64,000 nucleotides of DNA, taken from positions 1-64,000 of the IMG/VR virus record IMGVR_UViG_3300037755_001279. One strand, 5' to 3'. How positions within the stretch are numbered: the stretch's first letter is position 1; each line of letters begins with the position of its first letter. This document shows positions 44,424 to 57,246 of the stretch, piece after piece. Under the pieces are notes generated by a model. The model saw only the letters and a list, made by a program, of their open reading frames with translations. It ran no database searches and was not told where the DNA came from. Origin of the DNA: a virus. The translations under genes and the position numbers were made by a program.

Positions 44424-47400
44424 CATCCCGCGGGGGGCGCCGGGTGGGTTGGGCCGTGACGCGGGCGATTCTGCCGCGCGTGTACGGTTCGACGGCCCGG
44501 AGCTGCCAAATACGGAGCCGTCGCCCGGCGCCCCCCGCACCTTCCTTTTTCTTCCTGCCACCTCGGAGTCAAGCCCCATGGCTATCGTCACCGCGTTTCA
44601 CTTCACCGCGCAAACCGGCGCGATCGACTACGCCGAACCCAAGGCGCCGTCCAATTTCTACCGGTACACCTTGCCGGCCGCGTGCCTTGGGCGCGTCAAA
44701 CTGGCCATCGATGCCGCCGCCGTCGGGTCGGGTGGCCTGGAGTACCCCGCCGACTTCCTCGTGTGGCTTGCCGCGAACGATGCGCCGCGCGCGGCGCTCA
44801 CGTGCCGCCACTGCGCGAAGCCGTGCCCTCCACAGCACGTGACGTGCGACGGTAGCGAGTGCCAGGAAGCCGAGTACCACGCCAACGCTGAGCGCGCTGC
44901 AATGCGGCGCCGCACGCGGCGCTAGGAGCCAAGCCATGCCGATCCGTCAATACATCACTGACATCGAGGCCCTGTGGGACAACGGCCGCGATCTCCACCA
45001 AGTCGTCGACGACTACATCGACCAACTGCAGGACGAGGAGCGCGCAGAGATCTTGGCGCTGTACGGTGCACGGGACCTGAGCGAGCCGACGCCAGAGGCG
45101 TTCGACAAGCGCGGACCGTTCGACAAGACGCCGCCGCCGCTGCAGCAGGGGTGGGACGCGATGCAGCGCTGGTGGGAACGTGTGCAACGGCAGCTCGCCT
45201 TCAACGCGCTCTATCAAGCGGCGTGCGCCGTCTTGGACGGCACCATGACCCCCGAGGAAGCAGGTTTGCCGTGACCACCGCACCCACCCCCGAAGCGTCC
45301 GAAGAGCTTTACATCCCCGCCGCCCGCGACGCGGTGATCGCCTACTTCGGGCGCCCCGCGCACGGCGGCGCTGGGCTGCGCACCCACTGCAACACCTGCA
45401 TCGCCGCCGGCCACGCGTTGCACGGCTACGACGGCCGCGCGGAGCCCGACAAGGTGCACGGCGATCTGCTGACAGCGCGGTCCGACGGTCGCGACGGCGA
45501 CATGTTGCCGGACACCGAGGCGTGCGACGTCTGCGACGTGCTGCTCTCGACGATCTCGGCACAGTGCCAGGCTGAGCACGATGCACAACAAGCGCGCTGG
45601 GCACGCATCGCACGACCGACCGTGCTGATCGAGTACGGCATCCCGGCGTTCATCCGCTGCCGGGTGTACTGAGGAGTCTATCCATGTCACGCAAGCAACA
45701 CACTGAGAGCCGGAGCCGGCCCTACTTCACCCTCTGTGGCCGCGAGATGCCGCAGGATCAAGATCCGTGGTCGCCGGACGCGGAAAGCTGTGAGGCGTGC
45801 GCGCGCGTTGTGCGCCTTGCCGATGCCCGACGCAATCAGCGTGCGCCGCGTACCTTCGGCGGCGATCGTTAGCCCACCCCATAACCAACCACCGCTAAGG
45901 AGCAACACGACCATGGAACCGTCGACCACTACCGCCGCCACTACCACCGCCGCCACCGCCGCTTCGGACGACGGAACGCCGCTCGTGCAAGCCGCGCTGC
46001 GCGCCTTGCCGTTGCTGGTCCAGCTTGGTGATTACATTGGCAACGGCCCCGTCGACTCCAGCAACCCGCAGTCCCTCGGTGAGCGCTGTGACGTTGTCGA
46101 GGCGTTGCGCGCGGCGCTCGGCGCTCTCGGCGTGTCCGAGTCGGACATGGCGCCCACGAAGGGGCGCCGCGCGTAGGCCAATTTTGCCAGAGTGAATTTC
46201 GCAAACGCGAGCGACGTCTGATACAACAGTCGGGCATTTCAAACCCCCGGCAGGAAGGCAGGGCCCCGTGGCCTACCAGTACACCACGACTGAGACCGAG
46301 GCCGAGCACGCCGAGCGCATCGGCGTCGATGAGACCAGCGAAGAGACCCGCTGGTGCGACACTTGCAGCGTGTGGGAGGCGGCCGAGCTGGTGTGCGAAA
46401 AGGCGGTGGCCGCCGCGCTTGCTGCCGAGGAAGCGGCGATCCTGGCCAACCGCCCGCCCCCGGCGCGCATCGTGGCGCGGATGCGGCGGCAGACGCTCAT
46501 CTGTTCGTGCGGCCACCGTACGTGCCGCATGATCAACAGGTACGGCCTGACCGTCCCGACGTTCCGCGGTGACATCGAGCCGATCCCGTCGCAGTACGCG
46601 CGGGACCGGCGCGCGCTGGAGATCAAGGCCGGGGGTGGGTTGTGATCGAGATACCCTCGGCGGAAGCCAGCCGTCGCCTGGCGATCATAATGCAGCGCGC
46701 CCCGCAACTGTACGACGCGGTCCTGGTGGACGCGCACGGCGCCATCGCCGCCGTGTGCTGCGTGTGGTGGGTGGGCGACGTCATCGAGGATGCCGGCGAG
46801 AGCTGGACCGGCTATGTGCTGATGCCTGGGGGTGGGTTGTGACGCGAACCCGCAACCCCGAGCACATTGCCGGCCGCAAGGTGCCCGGTTGGGGCGCCCG
46901 GCGCATCGCTCAGATTCCGCCCTGCGCTGCCAGCATGGGCTGTCTCTGTGCAGGCCACGCGCGCGGCAATGCTGCGACGGCGCCGTGTGACACCAGCGAG
47001 ATCGCACCGACCGCGTCAACGCGGGCAACCCGCCCGCCCACCATGACCGACTTCGAGGCCTGGATGCGCGACATCTATGCCAAGTCGCGCAAGATCGACC
47101 CTGACGAAGAACGTGACTGGAACGCGATGGCGCTCGGGTTCATGGTCGCGCGCGGCGTCGACTACCGCGTAGCTGTCGATTGGGAGCTATGCTCGGCGTT
47201 CACCTGCGGCGATCGGCCGCGCGCCGAAGCGGCGACGGCGATGTCAGAGCGCGTGTGGCTCGCGCATGATTGGGCCGACCGAGTTGGGTACCGTGCCGCA
47301 TACCGTACGGCACTCGTCGCAGCCGCGGACGCCACCGAACCACCGGCCGGTATCGACGTCGCTCTGTGGGTGCGCTCACTCGATGATGCAGCGTGGGAGG

Positions 47401-48468
47401 CGGCGCGGGTAGCGGTACCGGTTGAGCTGCCCAAGAAACGCAACGCACGGTCAGCGGCTGCGCGCGCGCATCTTGACGCCGTCGCGGCTGCCGGCCATAC
47501 GGCGCGACTTGCAGCCAGCTCGCACGCGTTCAACCAACGCTTGATCGCCGGCTGGAATGTCGCCGGTACGCCGCTACCGGAGTGCGCTGCGGCTGACCTA
47601 TGCGATCCGCACCGTCGCGGATACCCGACGACGACGCCATGCGCGGACCTCCGCATGTTCGACCCCAACGCCCCGAAAGGCGCCTGACTCCATGCTGTTC
47701 ATCGTCAACTGCGAGACCTTCAACGCCGACGGCCCGACCCGGGAAGAGACGCTCTTTGTCGTTGCATCCGACCGGATGGCCGCGATCAACGAAGCGCGGC
47801 GCGCCGTCAAGCGATGGCCCGAGAGTGCGGCCCTCAAGGCCGGCATCTTGATCACCGGTCCGCGTCCGGTGTTCCTGTCCGTCGGGCACTGCGCCCGCGA
47901 GCTGCTGGCCGCGGACCTGGCTTACCTGATCGGTTACATGGTTGCCGATGGCGATGACGCCATGGAGCTGGATTACGCTTCTGGCTACATCGCGTGCGCG
48001 CTTTACGGCGGCGCGGACTGCGACGTCGATTGGATGGCGACCGACGAGATCATCAAGCCGCGTGTCGCGGCAATGATGCGCGCGGCGGCAGCGGCGCGGC
48101 GCGCGGACTTGGTTCCCGAGGGGTTGGTGTCATGAGCGGTTTGCATCGAGCGCTCACTGCCGCAATCCTGCAGTGCAACGCGGCGATCGACGCGTACCCG
48201 GACCTGACGCGGGCCGATGTTCGACACCCGGGTCAAACCGAATCCACCGTCGTCACCGTGACGCAGGTACACGGCGAGCTTCAGTGGCACGTCGAGTGCC
48301 GCGTCAGGTTGCTCAAATCGCCGCGTCGCACGGCGGCGCGCGGTCGCGTGGCGGCGCGCGGTGTGATGAGTGCGTGTAAAGACACGCTGACCGCCACCAT
48401 CGCGTCGTTCTGCGACCCCACGCAGATCGGCTACCTCGTCGACGTTTTGAAAGAAATCTAGGAACACC

Positions 48469-48615
48469 ATGACCGTCTTCCTCAACAACACCCACCACTC
48501 CAGCGGCAACAACAAGGGCCAGGTCCGCCGCGCCTGGCGTCGCATCGCGCGCAAGCGTGACCGTGCCGCGGCGCGCCGCGAGCTGCGGCTCGCGCTCGCT
48601 GGGGAGGGGTTCTAG
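48469..48615 (+). CDS. 48-aa Arg-rich peptide (below cutoff)
   Basis: AGGA RBS; ...GQVRRAWRRIARKRDRAAARRELR... Confidence 0.6.
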   Translation: MTVFLNNTHHSSGNNKGQVRRAWRRIARKRDRAAARRELRLALAGEGF

Positions 48616-51600
48616 GTCATGCCCCGCGCCTGCATCATGTTCGCCCACGCCGATGGAACCGAGGGCAACCACGCCACCATCGAGGGTGACGAAGCGCGCA
48701 TCCGCGTGGCGCTTCATGGCTGTCTCGGCGTCAACAATGCGGCCCGAGCGTGGGCTACCGACGCACGCACCGGTGAGCTGATCGCCGGTGTCTACTACGA
48801 CGGCCGCGCGCTGACGTCACTGCCGACTACGCAATACGCCGTGTGGATCGGCGCCTTCAAGGGTGAGATGCGCGGCGGAGTGTGGGACGCGCACGGGGGC
48901 GGGCGCCTTGTCCGACCGCCGCTCGCGCGCATCATCGAGCGCGACGCGTCGCATGTCTACCGCGCCGTGCGCGGCGGCGGCAACCGCATGGTGCTGGTCT
49001 ACATCAACGGGCGCTGCATCGGCCACGCTGATCCGATCGACCTGGGGTTCACGGGCACCGATGCGATGATCGCCGCGGGGGCTGCGTCATGAGTGGGAGC
49101 AAGATCACCACGCGCCACCCGTCCACGCCCGAGATCACCGCGTTCGCCGTGGGCGCTAACGGCACCCGTAACCGCGGCTTTGATCTCGATGGCGTGCGCG
49201 TGCTGGTGTCTGGCGACGACGACGCGCAAATCGCCGCGGTGGCCTTCAACCTCGCCAACGCAGGTGCTGCACTGGAACAGGCGCGCGCGCGGCATGTCGA
49301 GCTGCAGGCAGAGATCGAACGCGTCGAGTCACCCACCGCACGGTGGGCACGGCTGCACGCGCAGCACGCGCAGCTTTCAGCTGCACCACCCAAGCGCCCC
49401 GCGCGACTCTTGGGCCCCGGTGTGGTCCGTTTCGATCCGGCGATGGGCAAGCCGTGGCTGCTCAACAAGCGTGAGCCGGGGTGGTCATCCTGGGGCGTGG
49501 TTTGCGACGATTGGGATGATCTATTTCGCCGCTTCAACGTTCGGGTTACCGGACACGGCACCGACGAGCACGGTGCATGGTGGGAGGTCACGCCGATCAT
49601 CGAGGAAGCTACGCCGTGAAGGGCCCCAAGATCACACCCCGTGCGGGGCGGCGCTACAATTTCGCCGATGTCACCTGGCCTGCCGATCAGACTGCGTGCT
49701 TTGCACGTTGTGAGATCGCTGCGTCGCGTGCCACCGACGGCACGCCGGTGCTCGACGTCATCATGATCTTCAACCCCGCGGTCCGCGTGCGCGTGCCGTA
49801 CGAACAGCTTGCCGCGATGCACGTGAGCGATGCGCTGGTAGAACGCGCGCTCGCTGCGTTCGTGGCAGTGCCGCCGTGCAACGGCGACGCAGCACCGCTG
49901 GAAGCGGCGATGCGCCGTGCGCTCGAAGCAGTGCTGAAGGGTGGGCGGCCGTGACGTCCGCAGGCGGGATCAGAATGCAGTATCACCCAGCTACAGGAGA
50001 TCGACCATGACCGCTACCCCCAGGACCGCCGCCGACCATGGCGCCGACGACGCGACCACCGCCTACAACGAGTGGAGCGACGACGTCAGCCCGATCGAGT
50101 CCGTCGCCGCGATGCGCGCCGGTCGCGAGGAGTTGCCGGACGAGGCGCTGATCAACGCGATGGGCGCGAACTGGATCATCCAGCAGGCGACCGGCGACGA
50201 GGCCGCCGAGCAGACGGACGAGAATTGGGAGATGATCGGCCTGCCGTGGTGCGCGGCGTACAACGCGGCGTATCTCGCCCGCCTCCAGGAACTGGCGTCC
50301 GCCGCCGCGCAGGGCGAGTAGGCCCGAGCGGTGAGCATCGACCCCGAGCACCGCATCCGCTCCCTCGCTGGCGAGGACTACCACGGCGACCACCCAACCT
50401 CGCCGGCCCGCGCCCGCATCGAGTGGCACGCCAACGACGAGGACATCGCCGAGGCGGTCGCGCGGGTAGGCGGCATCGACTACGCGGCCACGCTGTACGC
50501 CGAGGAGCTGGCGGAGATCCGGCGGTACGAGGCGAGAGAGGAAGGCTGAGATGGGCAAGGACGGGGATAGGACTGCTCACTGGATGCGCCGGCCGTGCGT
50601 CTGCGGCAGACCGTTTGGCGCCCACCGCGCGGCGCCGCCCCACTCTCACGGCGACGACTGCCCGGGATTCCACGCCAAGAGCGAAGCCCCACCCGCCACC
50701 AAGGAAGAGTAGGAGGAGACGATGACTGAACGAGACGACAAGGCAAGGTTCATCGGGCGCCTGCGCCACTTCGCGGCCACCAACGGCGCCGACACCCCCG
50801 ACGGCTACGGTCGCATCGGGTACCGCCCGGGGCGCGGATTGACGGTCCTGGCGGTCGGCATCGCGCAGTACCTCGACGACCCGGCGATCCCCGGTCCGTC
50901 CCTCGGGCTCAACTGGCTGCGCGATCTTCCGCTGTACCTCACCGAGGCGTTCCGCGCCTTCCGCGAGTCGCCGCGGTGGGACGACTTGCGGCGGGTCTAC
51001 AGGGAGCACGCCGACCACGAGATCCCGAGCCTCGTCAACATCCACGAGGGCGGCCTCCATCGCTCCATGGTAGCGCATGACATCGTGCGGCTCGTGCCGA
51101 TCCTTGCCGATGCGGAGTGGCTGGCGGCTCGGCTCGCCGAGCACGTCAACGCACAGTGGGGCGTTGTCACGCAGGCGTGGCAAGACTTCCTGCGCGTCAT
51201 CTACCGCGAGGTCATGCCGCGCATCAAGGCCGAGACCCACTGCGGCGAGTTCGGAGCGACGACCCTGCTGTCGTTCGCCTGCGCTGGCCGCGTGATGTTC
51301 ACGTTCAACCGCGGCGATGACTCGCTCACGTACGTTGCCGACGATTCGGACATGTACGGCGCGCGTTCCGGCCCGAACGCGACCGCCACACCGTACGAGC
51401 GGTGCGTCGCGATGATCCGCGATGTGGTCGACGGCTGGGGGATGGAGAGGTTCGCGCGGTCCGACAGCGTGGGGATCGGATGACCGCCCCGCTGACCGAC
51501 GACGAGCGCGACGGCGCGGCGGCGCAAGCCGAGGCGGACGCCGACGGCTACGACCGCGGCCTCGAATACAACACGGTCATGAGGTACTACCGCTACTTCA

Positions 51601-51957
51601 TGTTGCCGGAGAAACGGAACCGCTTCGGGTATGAGCTGCGCTGCGAGGTCGTGTCGTGCACGGACTACGACAAGATCAAGCCGGGGCACGGCCCGTGACC
51701 CGCGGACACAACACGCGCGCCTCGACGATCACGCACGGCCGACAGTATGCCGTCAACGTAGTCGACACCGTAGTCACCTTCGAGTGCGCACGCGCGCAAC
51801 ACAACTACAAGATCGATTTCGCGAAAAAGCCGCTGCACAGGCGGTTGAGCACAACGGCGTGCAAGATGATGGCGCGTTGGTGGAGTCGTGAACGCGGCGG
51901 CTGTATCGGCGAGTGTCCGAAGTGCCGCCGTGCCGAGCTGAAGTTGAAGCCGCCCCC

Positions 51958-52040
51958 TTGACTCCGCCCTAACCAAGCACTATTCTCATCTGCGAAACTG
52001 GAAACCCCGCCGGGCACTTCTCACCCCCGGCATCGAGGAG
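51958..52040 (+). promoter_or_regulatory. Promoter TTGACT-17-TATTCT, operator, leader hairpin, RBS
   Basis: Near-consensus sigma70 boxes; TTCTC-ATCT-GCGAA overlaps -10. Confidence 0.8.
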
Positions 52041-53744
52041 CGAGACCATGATACTCACGAAGTTGTTCAAGTGCGGCCACACGTACTACCGCGACCCGGC
52101 CGCGAACCGGTACTACGTCACCGACGCCTCGACGGCTGCCAGCGGCGCCGTCCAGATCGACACCACGCGACCGATCATCATCGGCGACTGCGGCGGCATC
52201 AGCCTGCCGCTCGCCGACGGCGGCGCCACGCCGATCTCGGGCATCGAGGCGGCAGCGGCGGTGCTCAACCTCGGGATGACCGTCCGACTCGGCGAGCTGG
52301 GCGACCACGTGATCCTCACGCAGGCGGATTGAGCCATGTGGACCCTCGACGACGTCAAGGCGCTCGTCGCCACCGGTGAATTCCACCACGCGACGGCACG
52401 CACGATCGGTGAGCCGCGGTTGTTCATCTACCGTCGCAATGGGGCGGGCTTTCGCGGCTACGAGCTGGTGGCGTCTATCCCCGACACCGACGAGAACCGC
52501 GCGTACTTCGCATCCATCAAGCACGGCGTCTCTGTGGGCGCCTACGGAGCAGGCTGATGAGTGCCGACCTGATGACCCCGAGCGTCCACCTCAACGGCAC
52601 GAGCGGCGAACAGTTGTTCGAGCAAGTGTGCGGTGTCCTCGACGTGCTGCGCGCTTTGCGCAAGGCGATGGATGACGCCTCGCCCAACGCCCGCGACTAC
52701 TACATCCAGGGTGACGACGCCTTCAAGATCGCGGTGCTCCAACACGACGCCCGCGGCTTCAAGGTCACCGTCCTCATCGAGGAGTACCAGGCCCTCGCCG
52801 AGGGCATCGCTGACCAGAGGGGTGTGTAAAAGCCATGTCCGAATTCCTCAACAACGACATCGACACCGACTCGCTCACTGAGTCAGAGGTTCGCCGGCTG
52901 TGGCGCGAGCATCTGATCGACAGCGGCACCCGGGAATCCGCCTATCAATTCATCCGGCAGCGCAGCGACGTGACCACGCATCGCGCGGATCGCGTCCAAG
53001 CGGCGATGCGCTGTGTTGAGTTGCTGCGCCAACGCCCGGAGCATCAAGACGCCGTCAAGGCGCCGCCGGTCAAACCAGGCCGAGCCGAAGCAACCAGCCT
53101 CACAACCGACGGCATGATCATGCTGCGCGCGCTCGTGCACGTCGAGCTGAACCGGCTGCGCGCGCAGTTGGCGGGCGTCGAGGAGATATGCGGAACCTAC
53201 TACCCGCACGCGCCGCAGCTTGCGACATCGCGCAAACGCGTCGAGGAAGCTGAAGCGCTATACGGCAGCCTCGAAGATCTGCACAAGCTCTTCGATCAAC
53301 GGTCGGACGCCATCCGCGCCGAGAACGAGGCGCGGGAAGAGGTGCGGCTGCTGCGCGCCGCGCTGCAGGCGGAGCGCGCCACGGGGCTGGCGAGCAAGGA
53401 CAAGTTGTGACCAAACTCCTACGCCAAGACGCCGCGGTCATCATCTACCAGTGGCAGCGTCAGATCGGCGATCACTGGTCGTGCATTGCACTGCCGCCCA
53501 CCGGGAACGGGCACAACAGACCGTTGCACCCCAAGGCGTGGACTGAACACACAGCCAGCGGTGAAGCCTGGCAGCGTCACGGCATCCACGGCTTTCTGGA
53601 CAAAGACAAGGCGTTCGCTGCGATGCCGCTCGTCACGGCGTTCATTCGCACCGAAGCCGAGTATCCGCAGTATCGGCTGGCGCAGCTGCAGCTCACCCAG
53701 GTGACCACGGCGCTGGTGACAGCGACGGTGAAAGACCTCACGCC

Positions 53745-54404
53745 GTGACCATCACCGATCTCGTCCCGAGCCTCAGCATCGACAACTTCCTGGCGCAGCG
53801 TGACGCGATGATCGAGCGGGCGCACGAGGTGCGCCGGTTGTTGCTGGAGATCAGCGACATCGCTGACACGATGCCGGCAACGACAACCTCGTCGTCCTGG
53901 TTTCGCCTCGCGTTGAACACGTACCCCGCACAGCGTGACTTCGCTAGCGAGGACGGTTTCACGCCGTACATCAAGGCGATTGACGCCGCGTGTTGGGCGC
54001 GTCTCCTCGACCTGTCCGGCCTGCGGACGTTCATGGATGCCGCGGCGCGCGCAGCCTGGGATGAGAACATCGACAAGCAAAACGTCCCGGAGCTGACCTT
54101 CAGCAACGTCGAGGCGACGTTCCAGGAGTTGTACGCCGTGCGCGGCGACATGTTCGAGCGCGGCGTCGTCGCTGTCTTCAAGTCGCTGTCGTGGGACTAC
54201 AAGACCAACAACCCGGTGATGTTCGGCAAGCGGATCATCCTCCGCTACGTGTACAGCACGTGGGGTACGGGCAAGCAACGGTACACCAGCGTCAACCATG
54301 ACGGCACCAACAAGCTCGACGACCGTCTGCAGCAGCACCCGCGGCTGGTGACGCTGGAGATCACCGGCGAAGCGCCGATCGAAACCACCGAGGTTACCTC
54401 GTGA
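53745..54404 (+). CDS. DUF4942-like protein, apparently C-terminally truncated
   Basis: W..L....G....M...AR..W...MFERGV..VFKSLSWDYKTN.P..FGKRII. Confidence 0.7.
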   Translation: MTITDLVPSLSIDNFLAQRDAMIERAHEVRRLLLEISDIADTMPATTTSSSWFRLALNTYPAQRDFASEDGFTPYIKAIDAACWARLLDLSGLRTFMDAAARAAWDENIDKQNVPELTFSNVEATFQELYAVRGDMFERGVVAVFKSLSWDYKTNNPVMFGKRIILRYVYSTWGTGKQRYTSVNHDGTNKLDDRLQQHPRLVTLEITGEAPIETTEVTS

Positions 54405-54841
54405 CCCCCCTCGACGTCATCAAGAGCTGGGCGGAGACCTGGCGGTCGCTCGCGGCATGGCGCGCGCCGCTCAACGTGGAGATCACCGTCAAGCCGCAAC
54501 CGAAGCACGTCCGACGTCTGGGCACGGCGCAGGCGCGCCAGAAAACTGCCATCATCTACGCCATCGGCGACCTGGCCGAAGACCTCGGTACGGCGCTGCA
54601 CGAAATGGCGCACCTGGCTGCGCCGGTCTACGTGGCGCACGAGCGGCCGTGGCGTGAGATCTTCGTCGCTGCAGCCACCGAGGCGCTCGGTTGCAACGCC
54701 GACCTGTTCGACCTCGACGTCACCGTCGTCGATCTGGACGCGCAGGTCGTGGCGGCGGTTGACGGCTGGCTGGCGCGCACCGGGCAAATCACCGTGCTGC
54801 GCGCGCTGGGCATCATCCCGGCGCGGGCGGTGGGGCGATGA
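54401..54841 (+). CDS. HExxH zinc metalloprotease-like (SprT-like) protein
   Basis: TALHEMAHL...HERPWR. Confidence 0.65.
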   Translation: MTPLDVIKSWAETWRSLAAWRAPLNVEITVKPQPKHVRRLGTAQARQKTAIIYAIGDLAEDLGTALHEMAHLAAPVYVAHERPWREIFVAAATEALGCNADLFDLDVTVVDLDAQVVAAVDGWLARTGQITVLRALGIIPARAVGR

Positions 54842-55479
54842 GCTGCCGCGGCTGTCAGAAATCGGCGCGCCAGGTCGAGCACCTGATCGCCATGCTCAAG
54901 CGTGCACTCAGCTACATCGACGGCGTGCGCACGGACGCCGACGGTTTCATTGCGTGGGCCGAAACGCACGATGAGCTGCTCACCGAGATCAACAAGCACG
55001 AACCGGCGTGGTCGCCCGGCGATGTATGATCTTGCACGCGATCGACATGGCGCTTGGCGTTGCGTGGGCGCGGCACGCTGCGATCACCGCATCGACGTCA
55101 GCAGCGCGCGACAACACCTACGCCGCGTACGCCGCGTACATTCGTAACTACGCCCCACTGCAACCCGTTGACACACGGTGCGGCGGCTACGGTAAGACCC
55201 ATGCGCGCGCCTATGCGCGCGCCTGTGCCCCACCCAAGGACTAACCCCATGAAGCTCACCATCCAGTTTTCGCCGATCGACATCGACATCACCGCCGAGG
55301 ACGTCGCCACGTACCTCGACACGGACACCCCGACAGACGCCGACATCAGCAAGGCGCTGGACGAGGCGATCGATGCCGCCCTCGACCAGCACGGCCCCGC
55401 GAGCCGCTATCACCATGGTGGCGAACGGATCACGGCGGCCGTGCGTCGGCACCTCGACGCCGAGCGGCAGGAGTAGACC

Positions 55480-55974
55480 ATGACCATGACCAACAAGATG
55501 CGCCGGCGCTATCACGACTTCGCCGGGGAGATCCGCGACCTGGAGACCAAGCTGGCACAGGCGGGCGCCGAAGCGGACCGCCGCGTCGCTGACGCCGTTG
55601 CCGCGGCGACTGCGCCGATCACCGCCGAGCGCGACGTGATCGCCGCCGCCGCGCGGCTGCTGCAGGTGGCGCTGACCGACGCGGGCACGGCATTGACCGA
55701 CGCCAACGGTCTCATCGACGACCTGCACGGCCAGATCGTCCAACTCAGCCGCGACAGCCTCAACCACCGCGCGACCATCGCCAGCCTCAAGGCCAAGCTG
55801 GCCAAGGTCGAGCCGACGCTGCAAGAGTTGGATGGCATCAACCGCCGGCTGCTCGGCTTCATCACGACAGCGGGCGTGCGGTTGCGCCGCAAGGAACAGC
55901 TGCAGATCGATGCCAACCAGAACCGCCGCGCCGTGACGCGGGCGCTGTACATCGCGCCGCCGGAGGACCGGTGA
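55480..55974 (+). CDS. Coiled-coil protein
   Basis: AGGAG RBS, heptad pattern. Confidence 0.65.
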   Translation: MTMTNKMRRRYHDFAGEIRDLETKLAQAGAEADRRVADAVAAATAPITAERDVIAAAARLLQVALTDAGTALTDANGLIDDLHGQIVQLSRDSLNHRATIASLKAKLAKVEPTLQELDGINRRLLGFITTAGVRLRRKEQLQIDANQNRRAVTRALYIAPPEDR

Positions 55975-56339
55975 CCGCTGACCTCTTCGTCTTCGACACC
56001 GAGCGCAGCTATTGGTTCTGCCGCAACTGCGGCATCGCGCGCGAAGTACACGGCGGCTGCGGTAGGTGCAAACCGTTGAAGCTCATCGTTGCTGCACCGA
56101 CCGCCGCCGTTACCATGCGGATGCGCCGCTTCCGGCTCGTCCGCGACGTGGACGAGACCGGCACGTCCGGCGTCGGAATCGTCGCCGAGGGCTGCGAATT
56201 CAGCAGCGGCATGTGCGCGCTGACCTGGTTGTCGCCCTACCAAACCGTGTCGATGTGGGCATCGATCAAGGCCGTTGAGATCGTGCACGGGCACAGCGGA
56301 AAGACCCGCGTGGTCTGGATCGACCCGGTGCTGTTGTGA
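55971..56339 (+). CDS. Conserved-looking phage hypothetical protein
   Basis: F.L.R..D..G.SG.G.VAEG..F..G.....W...HGH.G.T pattern. Confidence 0.65.
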   Translation: MTADLFVFDTERSYWFCRNCGIAREVHGGCGRCKPLKLIVAAPTAAVTMRMRRFRLVRDVDETGTSGVGIVAEGCEFSSGMCALTWLSPYQTVSMWASIKAVEIVHGHSGKTRVVWIDPVLL

Positions 56340-56490
56340 GGTGCAGCGTTCGTGGGTGCACCGCGCCCGCGTACTGCGGCAACGTGTGCGTGGGCTGCCG
56401 GCTCGGGATTCCGTTCCGCAACGCTGTCGACGATGCCTTGGCCGAGCCGGAACCCGAGACCCTCGGCGCGACCAAGAAAGACCTCGCCCC

Positions 56491-57246
56491 ATGACCAACC
56501 GAGCCCCGATCGTGAAATGCAACACCGCCCTGCCCGGCGCACCCGAGGCGCGAGCTGGAGAGGCCAAGCGGGGGGAAACCTACCGCCGCGTCTTTGTACA
56601 CTTCCACGCCGGCGACGGTCAAGAGGCCGCGGACGTCGTGATCCACGTCTACCGTGATGACGCCGACGGCGCGCCGGTGATCGACGTTGTGGCAGCGCCG
56701 CCGGGCGCCCGCGTTGTCACGCAGTCGACGGCAGCGGCGGAGGCCGCGACGGTACGTGCCGTGCGTGAGGCCGCCAAGGCGTCGGAAATGCTGCCGTGGC
56801 GTGTGCCCACGCCGGTGCTGGACGCCATGATCAAGCCTGACGACGTCCGTTGTCCGCACGACGGCGCCAAGTGTCACCACAACTGCAGCCGCATCGGCTA
56901 CATGCCGGGACTGCCGGCTGACCTGACCGGCCCGACGTGCTACCGCAAGAAGTACGACATGGCGCTGACCTCGCCGTATTCGGGCTTCCCGCAGAACGGA
57001 GATCGCCCGATCGGTGGCGTGCCGGCGCCAGTGCCGCGCGTTGCCGCGTCACACGATGACTTCAGTGCGGTGTGGGCAACGGAGCTGGGTGCAGCTCCGC
57101 GGTGCAATCACCCCGTTCATGGTGCTGTCCACACGCGTCCCGCCGTGTACACCCATTGCCCCGAGCACGGCGATGCGCTGATCAACGGTCGCTGCGGCAA
57201 CTGTGACTCGCCTTTCGATGACGCCGACGCGCCGGAGGTCGGTTGA
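56491..57246 (+). CDS. Hypothetical Cys/His-rich protein
   Basis: CPHDGAKCHHNC and CPEHG...CGNC. Confidence 0.55.
   Translation: MTNRAPIVKCNTALPGAPEARAGEAKRGETYRRVFVHFHAGDGQEAADVVIHVYRDDADGAPVIDVVAAPPGARVVTQSTAAAEAATVRAVREAAKASEMLPWRVPTPVLDAMIKPDDVRCPHDGAKCHHNCSRIGYMPGLPADLTGPTCYRKKYDMALTSPYSGFPQNGDRPIGGVPAPVPRVAASHDDFSAVWATELGAAPRCNHPVHGAVHTRPAVYTHCPEHGDALINGRCGNCDSPFDDADAPEVG

Larger units (their letters stand above)
44578..53748 (+). other. Array of about 25 short co-oriented hypothetical genes (e.g. 44578-44925, 44936-45274, 45271-45672, 45913-46176, 46268-46645, 46839-47687, 48619-49092, 49089-49619, 50722-51483, 52048-52332, 52835-53410)
   Basis: Overlapping start/stop junctions and RBSs; typical of phage early regions. 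Confidence 0.7.
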
